Source: Rhina ancylostomus (lineage: Eukaryota). From it: a stretch of 64,000 bases of DNA. The stretch lies in NCBI GenBank assembly GCA_030265395.1, contig JARFYF010000053.1, positions 24,389,951 to 24,453,950 of the forward strand. The letters are read 5' to 3'. The position numbers and the translations under genes were made by a program. This document shows positions 41,301 through 53,474 of this stretch, in pieces (within the stretch, counting starts at the first letter, position 1; every line of letters begins with the position of its first letter). The notes under the pieces are model-generated. The model was given only the letters and a program-made list of their open reading frames with translations. It was not told the origin of the DNA and made no database searches.

Positions 41301-43377
41301 CTTCCATCCTGGAAGAGTCGGACATAAACATTTTCATGGGTTTCCTGGTGAATTAAAGCCACTGTTGGCAGTTTGCTCAAACAAGTTATGAGCATCTCAG
41401 CCTCACACAATCTTGTACCTGATATATCTAACATCCACCCCACTGCTGCTTCACCCTGAGATGTAAAGGAAACCACAATGATTCATAAGTAGCCAGTTAT
41501 GTGCAACATTTCACAATTACCACAAATTGGCCTCAATTACGTGCTACTATATTCTGCCAATACGGCAATCACACCTTCATTCTCCTGAAACTATCTTCTG
41601 TTTTGGAGACCAATTTCATTAAACTTGACTGCCAAATATTGATGATCAGATATAGAAAGCAGCATGGTACAGACAGAATTTACATTTTTGTGAATTAAAT
41701 CCACAGAGCATGATTAAGCATTGATATCATAATATCCTCCTTCAATTAACAAGTTCTTAATGTCTAAAACAAGCAAATGCTTCAACGGGAATGTATTACA
41801 AAGTTTAGATGTGACACAAGTGAATGACCTCTAATCTACCCCCATGTGTTCTGTGTAACACCAATTGCTCATAAGCTTTAGTGTGCTCATGAATTGGTGC
41901 ATTCGTGATTCATCTGGGCTCTCAGCTGCTTGTGCTTGTTGTTGTGAGATTGTAACCAGAAGAAAAAAGGAGTTGCTCATGACATGTAGCCATTTTGTGT
42001 CCAGAACTTGAAGCTGAGCACTAATCATTTGGGTCTATTTTTACATGTAGTTTCTACAGAAAGTAAATATGCATGATAGAAAAATAGTGCCACTGCTCGT
42101 AACCTCCAGAAATACTGAAGTTAGAAAAAAGAACTTAAACTTGCACATCCCCACTCAGTCCCCATTTAATCACCAATGAATTGCATTTGGTCACTTTGTT
42201 TTTGTCCCTGCAGCAATTTGAAACATAGAAAGGTTCTATAAACAGTGAGTAATTGGTTAAGAGGCATTGCCTGTGGGAACTTTAAAGACTAATGATTTCT
42301 TTCTACCACTTCAGTTTTAAACTTGTGTAGAAATCTGTCCAAATCATTGAAGAATGAATTAATGTAGAGATCATATTGACAGCTTTCAATTTTTCCATTT
42401 AACTTTGAGTTTTAACTAGCACAAGAGTTGCCGTTTATAGTTTTTATTTCTTCTATCTGAAGATTTTAAACTGTTTTAATGTCATTCTCTTATTGGAAAC
42501 AACTAGTTTTATATCTATTCTGCTATGCCATTAATTATTTCTCAACAAGCTTGTACATGACTTTCTGATCAAACACCTGCAGTAAATCTATTTACAAGAT
42601 ATCTACATAATACTGTTATCTTTTCATGCACTCATGGCTTTGCATATCACCACTAAATACTCCAAGTAACTACACAGCAATAAATCTTTGCTGATCCAAT
42701 GATCTTTAAAATCATCTTGTTTATAATTGAGTTTAACTGTTCTATAGATATCCTGCATATGCATTTTCTTGAATGAAAGTATCATAATATCAATTCTCCA
42801 AATCTAGTTTGAAATTCTGCATATTTAAGGAGAATTGGGAAATCTCACCATGGGGCCCAGTTGTATTCTCTCTCAAGTGTATTTAATTACATCAGACTGT
42901 ATATTTTCTGTTTTTTCTTTGGAATCAATTTCTCTTTTACACCTATCCCTTTCATATATTCTCCAGCCTCTATTTCTCACTTCCAACAATATGTTTTTTA
43001 AAAAAACTCACTAAGCATTCACTCAATATTTTCCTCACATCTTGCACACTGAACAACTTGTGAAATGCAGGAGCAAGTTTAATTATGTAGTGCTTCTCAT
43101 CAACAATCCTTCTTTTGAACTACTTAACATACAATGGATGGTTTGAAGTACTTTCCCTGGGGGTAAATTTATGAAACCAAGTTACTAAGGAAAGCACTGG
43201 AGACCAAATTATTTCATACACTGCCTTGTCAACAACTGCAGGCCAAAGAATATTGACTGATGGTTTAAATATCAAGATGTAATGAAGTAGAGGTCTTTAC
43301 CATTATTTCAACACTATGAATATCTGAAATTTAGTTGCATACTGTACTTTCATAGAATTTCATTTCAATTTCATTAC

Positions 43378-43446
43378 CTTTTCTACAGAATCAGCTTTGT
43401 TCTCCCATAGGTTCCGTTTACTGGCTACATCCCCTGGTCTGATATC
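43378..43446 (-). CDS. LAD1: LAD1 exon (69 nt): DIRPGDVASKRNLWENKADSVEK
   Basis: Acceptor tttttgcttttag, donor gtaatg, phase 0 to 0; caldesmon C-terminal-like motif. Confidence 0.88.
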
Positions 43447-46400
43447 CTAAAAGCAAAAATAACACTCTTTAATCTTCTGGTACCAGTACACAAAGACATC
43501 CATACTTTGGATTTGTACTGTGAGAACAAAGTTCAAATTAATCAGTGAATAAATTAATTAGAAACCAAATTCTACACTTACTGCATCTGTGGAAAGAGAA
43601 GCATAGTTGTCATTTCAGTGCAAAAGAAGCTTTTAAAGCTGTAGGGTTATAAGCCGAAAGCTGCTTTTATCTCCTTTTTAGTTCTGATGAAGGGTCTCTG
43701 ACTTGAAACTAGGCCACAGAAGAGAGAGACCCAAACCTGCTGTTTATCTCCAGTGTTTCCTGTTTGCTTTAGATATTTCAGCATCTGTTTCTTTTTTAGT
43801 TTTTTTTCCTTATTTTCTGTGTTGCCTTTGAAATTTGTTCCAAAGGATTTACTAGGCAAAAATGTGGCTGCTAGCAGATGTTTATTTTCATTGCTCCAGA
43901 ATCTAATTGGTTTTTCTTTCTTTAAAAATGTGCATTAGCTGAAACAAGTTTGACTTGAATTGAGAGTTTCATGTTGCTCTCCAATAGATCAGGACATTCC
44001 CCACCATCTTGTTATGAATATTGCCTTGAACTTCAATTACACAGAGCTTATTTTTAGCATCATGCAACTGGGTCATAATAACAACAATTCCTGGCCATGC
44101 CTGTCTACTTCCAGATCAATTTCTGGTGCAATACCCCTTTTGGAATATTGCAGGGAAACTTGGCCATATTGTCCTCTGGCTATCCTTTGTTGGGAACTAA
44201 GATCCCTTGCAGCTGAGAACTAAGATCCCTTCCAGCTACATAAGCTTCACACCCCATTTCTCATGAATCTTAATAGATAAAGCCATCAACATGTAGGAAT
44301 TGCAGCTGTCAGTTAGGCATGTGGTAGGTTAAGAAGATTGATGACAAATAATGTTCCCTGCCCTCCTGAAAGAAATGGAATCCAACATGGAGTAATTCAG
44401 TCTCCAATTTGGAATTTACTGGAAAACTGGACTTGTAAGGAAGCTTTCACATTGTGGTCTCTATTAGGATTGTTTTTGGAGTGTGATGAGATAAAATAGA
44501 TGATGTTACAGGGATCCTTTGTTTAATTTAGTTAAAGCCAAGTGGCTTTAACTATCGTTCCACTTCTGAAACTTTGCTTCAGTTACAGCTCATGCTCTTT
44601 GCTTTGCATGAAGTAGTTTTCCAATAATGCAGATTTGTGTCAGACTGCGTAATGTAACATGCTGTGACATCATTATTCACTTCAATGAGCAAACAGTGAT
44701 TTTGTGGTTTTGGTGAATGTTGAGAGAGGAAGATTATGCACAGGTGTCTCAACATCTGTTTAGTTTATTATAATTATTGCTGGACCAAAATTTCCACCAC
44801 AATAAAAGAGTAGTTCATGTCTGTTTGCACATGTATGCATTGAAGCTTCCAGTTATCAGGTATCCTTAACTCTTTTTCATTCCTTACCACAGCAAAGGAA
44901 CAAGCCCTTCAGACCACCATGTCCACATAGACTATAACGATACTATTTACAATAATCTCACTTTCTCTCATTCTCATAAATTACCCCCAATTCTCTTGCC
45001 ACCCACCTGCATTGGGGGAAATAACCTACCAAACAGTATGTCTGTGGCATGTGTAGGAAAACCAGAGCATCTGAAAGAAACCATTTAGTCACAGGGAGAA
45101 TGTGCACACTCCACACAGACCAAGGTCATGATTGAACTTGGGCCTCCAGAACTGTGAGGTAGCAGTGCTAATTGCTGGCTGGTTGTTCGAAAAAAAAATT
45201 AAGAAATAGGCTATTTACTGATTTACAAGCCACCCAATTAATAACAATTTATTGTGGCCCATAACGTGGAAAAAATTCACTTACTCTGACTCAAAGTAAC
45301 ACAGAGGAGCAGAACTACAACCACAGATGTCACATGTGACTTGTTACAATTAATATGTTGATTAGAAATGATATTATGAAGGAAATCTTGAATCCAAGTG
45401 AGAAGTACCATAACATTTACACTGACACCTCTACGTAGTATTCACTCGTGGCAGCACTTGCCTCAAAATTCCTTTGAACAGATCCAAAAGAATACAGTGC
45501 TCTGTAGTTAAACATTGGCTCAACCTGAACTAGAGCAATACAGTTTTTGTTTGGGTGTCTTGGTGCCTGTCAGGAAACTTGATACCTGATTGTTTCTCCA
45601 GTGTAATTCTCATTCAGTTAATGCAAATAGTGCAAACATGCAAAATTCATCTCCAGTGAGATTAACCTCACTGGGCTGAAAAACAATAGCTCTTAGTTAC
45701 TCAAGAACAACCAGGTTTTGCTAAACTCATTTCCATTGAAACCATGTTATATAAAGGGCCAACACTCAAACTGCTTTTTGTCTTCACTGAGATCTGTGAC
45801 TCCCTACCATCTCAAATTATAGACTCTCACATACCTTGACTGCTTTATCTGTGGAACTCAAGGTCATGTTCATCTCTGTTCCAAATCAAAGTTAATTCCA
45901 GCTGCTGCTGATCTCTTCTACATCACACTGCTGCACTAGGAAAGTTGACCAAAATCCATACTTAAGGCAGAAAGGACTATCTATTTTTTTCCCTTCAGGC
46001 CAGAAAAGCAAATGGTGTGGACGTAAGAATTTGCCTACATTTCCCTGAAGTGCAAACATTCCTGGACTGCATCAATATCCTGAAAGTCCTCCCTGGCAGC
46101 CCATAGGATTTCTGTGGCCCACCTGTACAAAGAACGTGCTTCCTGCAGGCAACTGTTCTTCACTAGTTTGTCTAGGTGACCCTGACACTCAGCACTCCCC
46201 CACTCTTCTCCCAACATTACTGCATTCCTTCAATTGCAACACTTTCTGTATCTGGGAAAAAGTGCAGTTTACACAAAGATATTCTGATAAGTTCCTTTAA
46301 AAGCTGAGTGCAGAGATCATGCCCATAGAGTTGAATGCCAGAAACTGTAAGAACTTGTAATAGATCAATAGAAAATGCTGTGCTAAAACTGGGAAACCTG

Positions 46401-46464
46401 ACGCTGCAGCTCCGTGAACATTGCATAAATATTGACATTTTCAAATGCATCTTCCACAATAGTA

Positions 46465-46670
46465 AATTGGTTTATTATTGTCACATGCACCAATGTACAG
46501 TGAGAAACTTTGGTAATACATGGGAAAAGCAATAACAAAATGCAGAATATAGTGCTACAGTTAGAGAGAGTGCAGTGCAAGTGGACGATAAAATGCAAGG
46601 CCATGACAAGATGGATTGAGAGGTCAAGAGTCCATCTTATCATGCAAGAGGTTCATTTAACAATCATAAC
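46465..46670 (-). mobile_element. Rex1-type 3' tail fragment
   Basis: Reverse-complement similarity to 35100-35312 (ggtttattattgtcac...tacagtg). Confidence 0.65.
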
Positions 46671-47544
46671 AGTGGGGGGGGGAAAGCCGATAACAGTGGG
46701 ATAATAGTTCTGATTTAGTGCTGTAGAAACATAATAAAGCAATTGCTGTCTTTCAGAAGAAACATCCTCTCCCAGGAGGGCCAAAATGATCCGATGACAA
46801 AGGGTCTCCAACCTGAAATGTCAAAGCAGTTTCTCTTCCCACAGATGTGGCATATTTCCAGCATTTTCTATTATAGTTTTCACCATCTGCAGTCCTTTTT
46901 GTTTTCTTTTTACTGACGAACCCATGACACTGCCTTTCTCCTATGGGCACTACTTTTCTCAACAAAATTAACTAATCCATTTGCCTAGAATCTCGCTGGT
47001 TTGTGTAAAGGCTGTTGTAGTGTGGCTTGTCGGTCAATATGGAGTTTGTGAGCCTGATGCTAGGGATCTCAATGGTATTTGAGACCCAAGTGTTTGTATC
47101 TATGGAATAGATCTAATCCATGGAATGGCCTTTGATTTCTGTGCTCAGCCAGTGTAGAGCAAGCAATAAGTTGGGGAAACTGTTGGGCAGGACCTGGTTT
47201 GTGCCTGTAAAGTCTTGGGGAGTGGGGTAGGGGCGGGGAAGAAATGAGGTTGTGGGTGGGATAGGAAGGGTAGGGAAGAGACTAGGTACAGGGTGAGTTC
47301 TTGGTGGTGGTGGCAGAGGGGTCAGCTCTGAGTTAGGGCTGCAAGCATCAATCAGTGAGTGCAGGGGTCAAAGGGTTGGGGGCCTATGCAGATCAGGCAA
47401 GGAGTCAGTTTGTTTGGATTACCAGGTCAGTTTGTGTACGGTGGTCCAATCAGGAGATCAGTCAGCAGAGTGGTTCTGTGACAGTCATGAGCTTGTGGCG
47501 GTGGATGGTGACCCCCGAATGAAACCAGGGGAGGTAACTTAAAT

Positions 47545-48385
47545 GGACCTTCCCAAGTCATGTTCCAAGTGGAGTTTAATCCAGACAAGTGTGAGGTGAT
47601 GCACTTTGGGAGGGAAAATGCAAGAGGAAAGTATACACTAAAGAGCAGGACTCTTGGCATCGACAGAGTGATATTGGAGTGCAAGTCCATAGTTCCCTGA
47701 AAGCCTCAACACAAGCAGATAAGATGGTAAAGAAGGTGTACAACATGCTTGCCTTCATCTCTCAGAATAATAGAAGTTGGCAGGTCATAATGCAGCTGTA
47801 TAAAATTTTGGTTCGGTCACATTTGGAGTGTTGTGTGTTCTTCTAGTCGCCACACTATAGGAAAGATGTGGAGGCTTTGGAGAGGGTGCAGAAGAGGTTC
47901 ACTAGGATGTTGCCTGGATTGGAGAGTATTAGCTAAAAGGAGAGGATGGACAAACTTGGATAGTTTTCATTGGAGGATCAGCAGCTAAGTGATAACCTGT
48001 TTGAAACTTAAAATTGAGGCATAGATTGGGTAGTTGGCCTTCTAAAGCTTAACAGATGTGTAAGGCAATTTTTATTTTAAAGTGTGGTAGATGCCTGGAT
48101 GCTGCCAGGGGAGGTGATAAGAGCAGATACAATAGAACTATACAAGGCATTTAAACAGAAACATGAAGAGCAGGAAATTGAGGAATACAGACTATGTGCA
48201 AATAGATATGATTCATTAGATTGGCATCCAATTCAGTGTGGNNNNNNNNNNNNNNNNNNNNNNNNNNNNNNNNNNNNNNNNNNNNNNNNNNNNNNNNNNN
48301 NNNNNNNNNNNNNNNNNNNNNNNNNNNNNNNNNNNNNNNNNATGGTGGGCTGAAGGGTCTGTTCACTTGCTGTACTGTTCTGTTC
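47545..48385 (+). mobile_element. CR1-like LINE 3' part (interrupted by a gap)
   Basis: [51 protein letters not shown]; tail gggctgaagggtctgt. Confidence 0.85.
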
Positions 48386-51125
48386 TAAGTGCAGATGAAC
48401 TTGCTTGGGAAGTTCCTTTAAGTCTTGTAGAAATAGGCCTTACAAAAACATTGAAAGAATAGGTCACTCCTCAATGGAATGGGTCTTTTAAGTGCCATTG
48501 AAAGCCTTTGAATTGATGTTCAGACTTGCTTTTCGAGCCACTTGATGCCACTACAAACATTCGGCATCCTTTGCATTAGCAAGTTGAACACAAAACAAAA
48601 AATCCCAGATTTCATGCATCTGGTGCAAGGCCCCCGATTGACATTACAACGTCAATGAAAAAAAATTGTAATTGGATAATACACAAAAGGTATGATGCCA
48701 CACAATGTAGTCTCTAGGCAGTTGACATGAGCTGCTTTTAGCAGAATCTACTGTTTGACTCTGACAACTCTTCAGAAGTATGTAATTGGCTATTTAGTGG
48801 TTAGCCATTTCCTGAATATACAAATGGTGAGAGAAGTGGCAAGTCTTCAATTTCCCTGATAGCATTAAGCCAAAATCTAATGGCAAGTCAATGCTGTCAC
48901 CTCCATGCTCACAAAGTTGCTCTCAACATCTCTGCATCCTCTACAAAAGCTTATTATGTAGGCTATCCCATGAACTGCAATCAATTTCCTTTTTTACTAA
49001 ACAAAAATAGCAGAGTCAATGTTTTGAACAGACACCAAGCATGTTCTACATTTGGTCCTTATTTCACCCCACGCACATGACCTGCCAATCAGAGTACAGC
49101 ATGTTGCCTGAGCAATCTTCACAACTCTTCCCCCAGGTGGCTTGTTATTAAGTTGCAGCCCAAACAAGTGAAAAGCCAATTAACACTCAGCTGTATTTCC
49201 CATAATAATAATACATATTACTTCAAATATCCTACAAGGAGCCTGAGGCAGTCAGGTGTGTACCTGCAAAAACAACACAACCATAGCAACTTATTCACAG
49301 ACGACGTAAATTGATTCCCTTTTTATTATGTGGGATTCTTAAGGTTTTACTGCTCCAACTGGGACTCGCACAATTGCAATTATAATAATGATTCAAAAAT
49401 TTACATACATACTATACATCCTAAATAAATTCATGAGGGTGAAGTGAACAGTGGGTTATGTTACTAGGCTGGATAACATAGAACCAGAGGAAGAATCATG
49501 GGTCATCAATCCTTTTGGCTGAATGGAAAGATTCAGTGCTGTAATTTTGAAATAATTCCTGATGTTCAATTCTTTCATAGAGTTGGTGCTCCCTACCTCT
49601 GGATTCCTCTTCNNNNNNNNNNNNNNNNNNNNNNNNNNNNNNNNNNNNNNNNNNNNNNNNNNNNNNNNNNNNNNNNNNNNNNNNNNNNNNNNNNNNNNNN
49701 NNNNNNNNNNNNATAGAGTTGGTGCTCCCGACCTCTGGATTCCTCTTCGACCCTACAAGACGTCTGAGAGGGGCACTGGCATGGAAGAACAATCAGTTTG
49801 GATCACAAAGGGACATTTACTGATAAAGGAGGTAATGACCAACAGGATTCTGACATGAGAACTGTAAATAACACTTCAAAAAGGGAGAGAAGGTAGGAAC
49901 TGGAGGAGAGGGGGTGAGTCGTGCTTCATTTAGGTACAGCCTTGATCAAATCCTATCTGGAATAACACTGTACTCTGTTTGGATGCTATGTTGGAAGATG
50001 GATATGTTGGCCTTGGATTGCAGCACAGATTCACCAGAATGCTATCGACAAGTGAAGGGTTAGATTCTGAGAAGAGGTTGTTGGGTTTGTGCTTTCTTGA
50101 ATAGAGGGGACTAGATGTCCTGACTGAGGTGATTAAAATGTTAAGGGTTTAAGAGACTAGACATGGAGAAACAACCAACATTTGGTAAGAAGTTCAGACA
50201 AGGGAATATAATTTTAAATGTAGAGTTAGGCATTCAGGAAGCACTTTATTGACATAAAAGCTAGTAGAAGCTTGTAACTCCCTTCCTTGATGTACACTGA
50301 TGGCACAATAAGGGCCTTGAAGTTTGAGATGAATAAATGTGGGAGAGCCTAACTCATCAAGCTTTATAGAGAAAAGATGGGAAAATAGACAAGATTTTGA
50401 TAAGCTATGATCAATATGAGTATTGGTATAGGCCTTGACTGACAGAATGACTTTTTCATATTAATGCTCCATCACTTCTATTCTTTAAGATCCTGAAAAC
50501 ACATTCTGATCAAATTTTTACTCTGCCCCTAATGTCTTGGACTTTAGCTTGCCATTAATACTTGCTTTTCTGTTTGAGTGCCTTTGGATGTTTCATTATG
50601 TTAAAAAGGTTTCATAACACTAGCTCATGAACATTACAAAACCTCAAAGGGAAATAGACTTGATTCTGTAAATTAATCCAATTCACTTCTGAGACTAGAA
50701 TTTTGTACTCTTAATTGATAATTATAATTGACTGTAGGAGGGAGACTACTTCTGGCCAAATGGTTGCAGAAAGTTATGGACAGCCCCACAGCTTAGTGGA
50801 GGAATCCACTTTTTAAAAAAAAGATTGTAAGGCCAAAATATTGCTTGCAAACTCTTTCTCTCTTGCAGTTATAAGTCTGCTTTGCCCTATGCTGTTTTCC
50901 TGTGTAAACTAGAAGTAGTAGCACATCTAATATTCAGTCACATCTAATATACATTTGCATCTACTTCCAAGCAAGTACAATGAAAACACATTCTTGTTAC
51001 TGGTATGTCTATGTCAATTCATTCCATTTTCAGTGTTACAATAGTCATTCCTGTTGCATGCAAATGTATGAGTATATTTAGAAGTAATTCCATTTGAGCC
51101 TTAACCCACAAAGTTCCCATTGTAC

Positions 51126-51263
51126 CTTTCTGGTCATTAGAAATCGAGAACTGCCATTTTGTGCGTCTTCCTTTTCAAACACACAGCGCTTGCTTGCAAC
51201 GCCTTCCAATGGCCGGGACAGATAATCTGAAAAGGATGGCTTTGACCTGATGCTATCACTTTT
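51126..51263 (-). CDS. LAD1: LAD1 exon (138 nt): KSDSIRSKPSFSDYLSRPLEGVASKRCVFEKEDAQNGSSRFLMTRK
   Basis: Acceptor tttctctacag, donor gtacaa, phase 0 to 0; GVASKRxxFEK motif. Confidence 0.92.
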
Positions 51264-51579
51264 CTGTAGAGAAATATTAAATGAAACCCATTAGCACGCC
51301 TTAAAGTTTTACATAGAACATTCTTGACAGAAGTCAAATATCAACTTAAAGGCATAGTTAACCTTTAGTATATGATTGGTTGCATTTCATTTGAGGATCT
51401 TGGTGATAAAATTAGTTGTGCAAGTTAAGAGGGGTGGGGTGCAGGTCAGAGAGGAGTCTAAGTCTGAGATCATTTGGGCAAGGATCAGGCCCAATTCTTG
51501 GAAGCGTAGGGGTTGAGCTGGGAGGTTAATAGAGTGGTTAGGGTAAGGGATTGGGAAGGAACTGACTTTTATACAGGGT

Positions 51580-51670
51580 AATACACAAAGTGCTGGAGGA
51601 ACTCAGCAGATCAGGCTGAGTTCCTCCAGCAATTTTTTTTGTGTATTGCTCCAGATTCCAGCATCTGCAT
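51580..51670. repeat. MER6-like inverted-repeat element, internally collapsed to a hairpin; related copies at ~7750-7945, 19140-19260, 31300-31505, 43580-43790, 46790-46895, 63105-63215
   Basis: tgctggaggaactcagc (51591-51607) and gctgagttcctccagca (51615-51631) form a perfect 17-bp inverted repeat. Confidence 0.7.
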
Positions 51671-52091
51671 AATTGTTTGTCTCTGTATTACNNNNNNNNN
51701 NNNNNNNNNNNNNNNNNNNNNNNNNNNNNNNNNNNNNNNNNNNNNNNNNNNNNNNNNNNNNNNNNNNNNNNNNNNNNNNNNNNNNNNNNNNNNNNNNNNN
51801 NNNNNNNNNNNNNNNNNNNNNNNNNNNNNAGAGAAAATACTAGAGCTGCTTTCCTGGTATTCACTACACACTGTTGGACACCACTGTATGTTCTGCTGGT
51901 AAGTCAGCAGTTCTGTGAACCCAAAGGAAAACTGCATGAATTGTGCAGCCAAAGGTTTTCAATGTTCCTTCATATTGTGTTTGTCACTGAAATTGTGCAC
52001 AAGCCCATGCTACAAGACAATTCAATTTCCGGCATCAATTCCTCACACATTTTATGCAATTTACCTGACTACACAAGTCTGTGTTGCTCAC

Positions 52092-52170
52092 CTCAATTGC
52101 CTTTGCATACTTCTCAAGTATACCATCAATCTTTCCTGAGGACGATCTGGCTGGGATCCTTAGACTGGCA
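52092..52170 (-). CDS. LAD1: LAD1 exon (79 nt): (S)ASLRIPARSSSGKIDGILEKYAKAIE
   Basis: Acceptor ctcctgacag, donor gtgagc, phase 2 to 0; KIDxxLExYxxAIE caldesmon/LSP1-family motif. Confidence 0.92.
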
Positions 52171-52949
52171 CTGTCAGGAGAGATCAGCATGAATAAACTA
52201 ACCTCCCATTCATTATGATTCATTATAAAGCATAAAAAACCTATTAATTCATTAATACCATTCCCAGATGATTTGACTTGATGCCATGAGACTGTAGTTT
52301 GGAACAAACTAAGAATATCAGAGACATCCTCTTGAGTATATACCACAGTACAGCCATTTTGGTTGAGACTGACATGACGTTTGTTCAGGAAGTACCAGGA
52401 ATGTGATTCAGGAGTTTGGGGCATTTGATGAAAAGGTACAAATCTGTGTGTATGATCTTGTTTTAGTATTACTTGCCTGCTTTTTAGTCTAGCTCCCCCT
52501 TATTTTGTCCCTTAATGTTCATCAGGAACCTTTTGCAGGATTGACTGGATGTGGTGTGCCAGGCCTAAATACAGAGTCAATGCCAAATGTCTCTTCTGAA
52601 TGTATTCTTGTATTACCACTGTGGATTAGCACAATTGTGGAACCATTTCAGAGGACTGAGAGTCAATTGCATTGCAGTGGATCTGTGATCACAGATGGGC
52701 CAACATCCAACCTCTCTGAGCAACTCCCTCTGAATCAGTACTCTTCCATGTCAAACATCACCAGCAAGAAGCAGCAAAGGCATGAAATTTAATTGCCAGC
52801 ACCAAGTATAGCTCAATAATATCACCAAGCCCTGAAGTATGAAATCTCTGACTATAAAGCAGGTCAGGAATTGGATATTTTGTGATAAGTGATTCACCTA
52901 CCAACTCCCCAAAGCCTTTCTCATTTACAAAGCATATCAATTTGTCATG

Positions 52950-53385
52950 GACTACTCTCCACTTATCAGGAGGAGTTTTGTCCTACAACACTCACTAAGC
53001 TCCAACATTCAACCCAATCCAAGACAGAAATCTACTTGATTAGCGCACAGTCTAACACAATGAACATTCACTCCCTCCACCATCAGGGCTCTGTGCTCTG
53101 CAGAACATGGTGGCTTCTTCGGAAGTGTCTCCCAAATCTTTTATTTCTATCATCTGGCAAGGCAAGGGCAACCAGGTACTTGGGAAGACCACTGCAAGCA
53201 GATTCCCTCCAAGTCAAACACCATCTGAATTGAAAATATGTTGTTAGAACCAAATCCTGGAATTCTTTATTCAAAAACACAATGGTTATACAGTAACCAG
53301 GAGGACTGTACTGTTCAGGGAAGTTGCTCACCAGCATCTTCACAAAAGCAGTTAATGATGGGCATTAAATACCAGTCCTGCAGTT
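52950..53385 (+). mobile_element. Old LINE 3' end (CR1/L2 superfamily); reverse copies at ~36230-36380 and 62330-62540
   Basis: aacattcactccctccacc...ccctccaagtc...aaatcctggaattc...gatgggcattaaat, with reverse-complement similarity to the other two loci. Confidence 0.5.
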
Positions 53386-53433
53386 GTTTACATCTGATGA
53401 CAGAATGTGAAGGAATTATTTAAGAACACTCAC

Positions 53434-53474
53434 CTCCTTTGGAATGGTTGGCTTTTCACCTCTGGATTTGTAGC
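53434..53474 (-). CDS. LAD1: LAD1 exon (41 nt): ATNPEVKSQPFQR(S)
   Basis: Acceptor cttttattttaaag, donor gtgagt, phase 0 to 2; bridges the flanking exons exactly. Confidence 0.88.

Noticed and set aside
43301-43323. Possible LAD1 stop exon (IFIVLK*)
   Set aside because: It would need a 54-nt intron, too short for a typical vertebrate intron
44195-44240. 23-bp tandem duplication (gaactaagatccctt.cagct)
   Set aside because: Ordinary slippage duplication with only two copies
45653-45674. 8-bp inverted repeat ccagtgag...ctcactgg
   Set aside because: Too short; expected by chance in 64 kb
45835-45875. AG...GTATGT-bounded 41-nt candidate exon in a LAD1 intron
   Set aside because: Its length is not a multiple of 3 between phase-0 exons, and it has no similarity to the family
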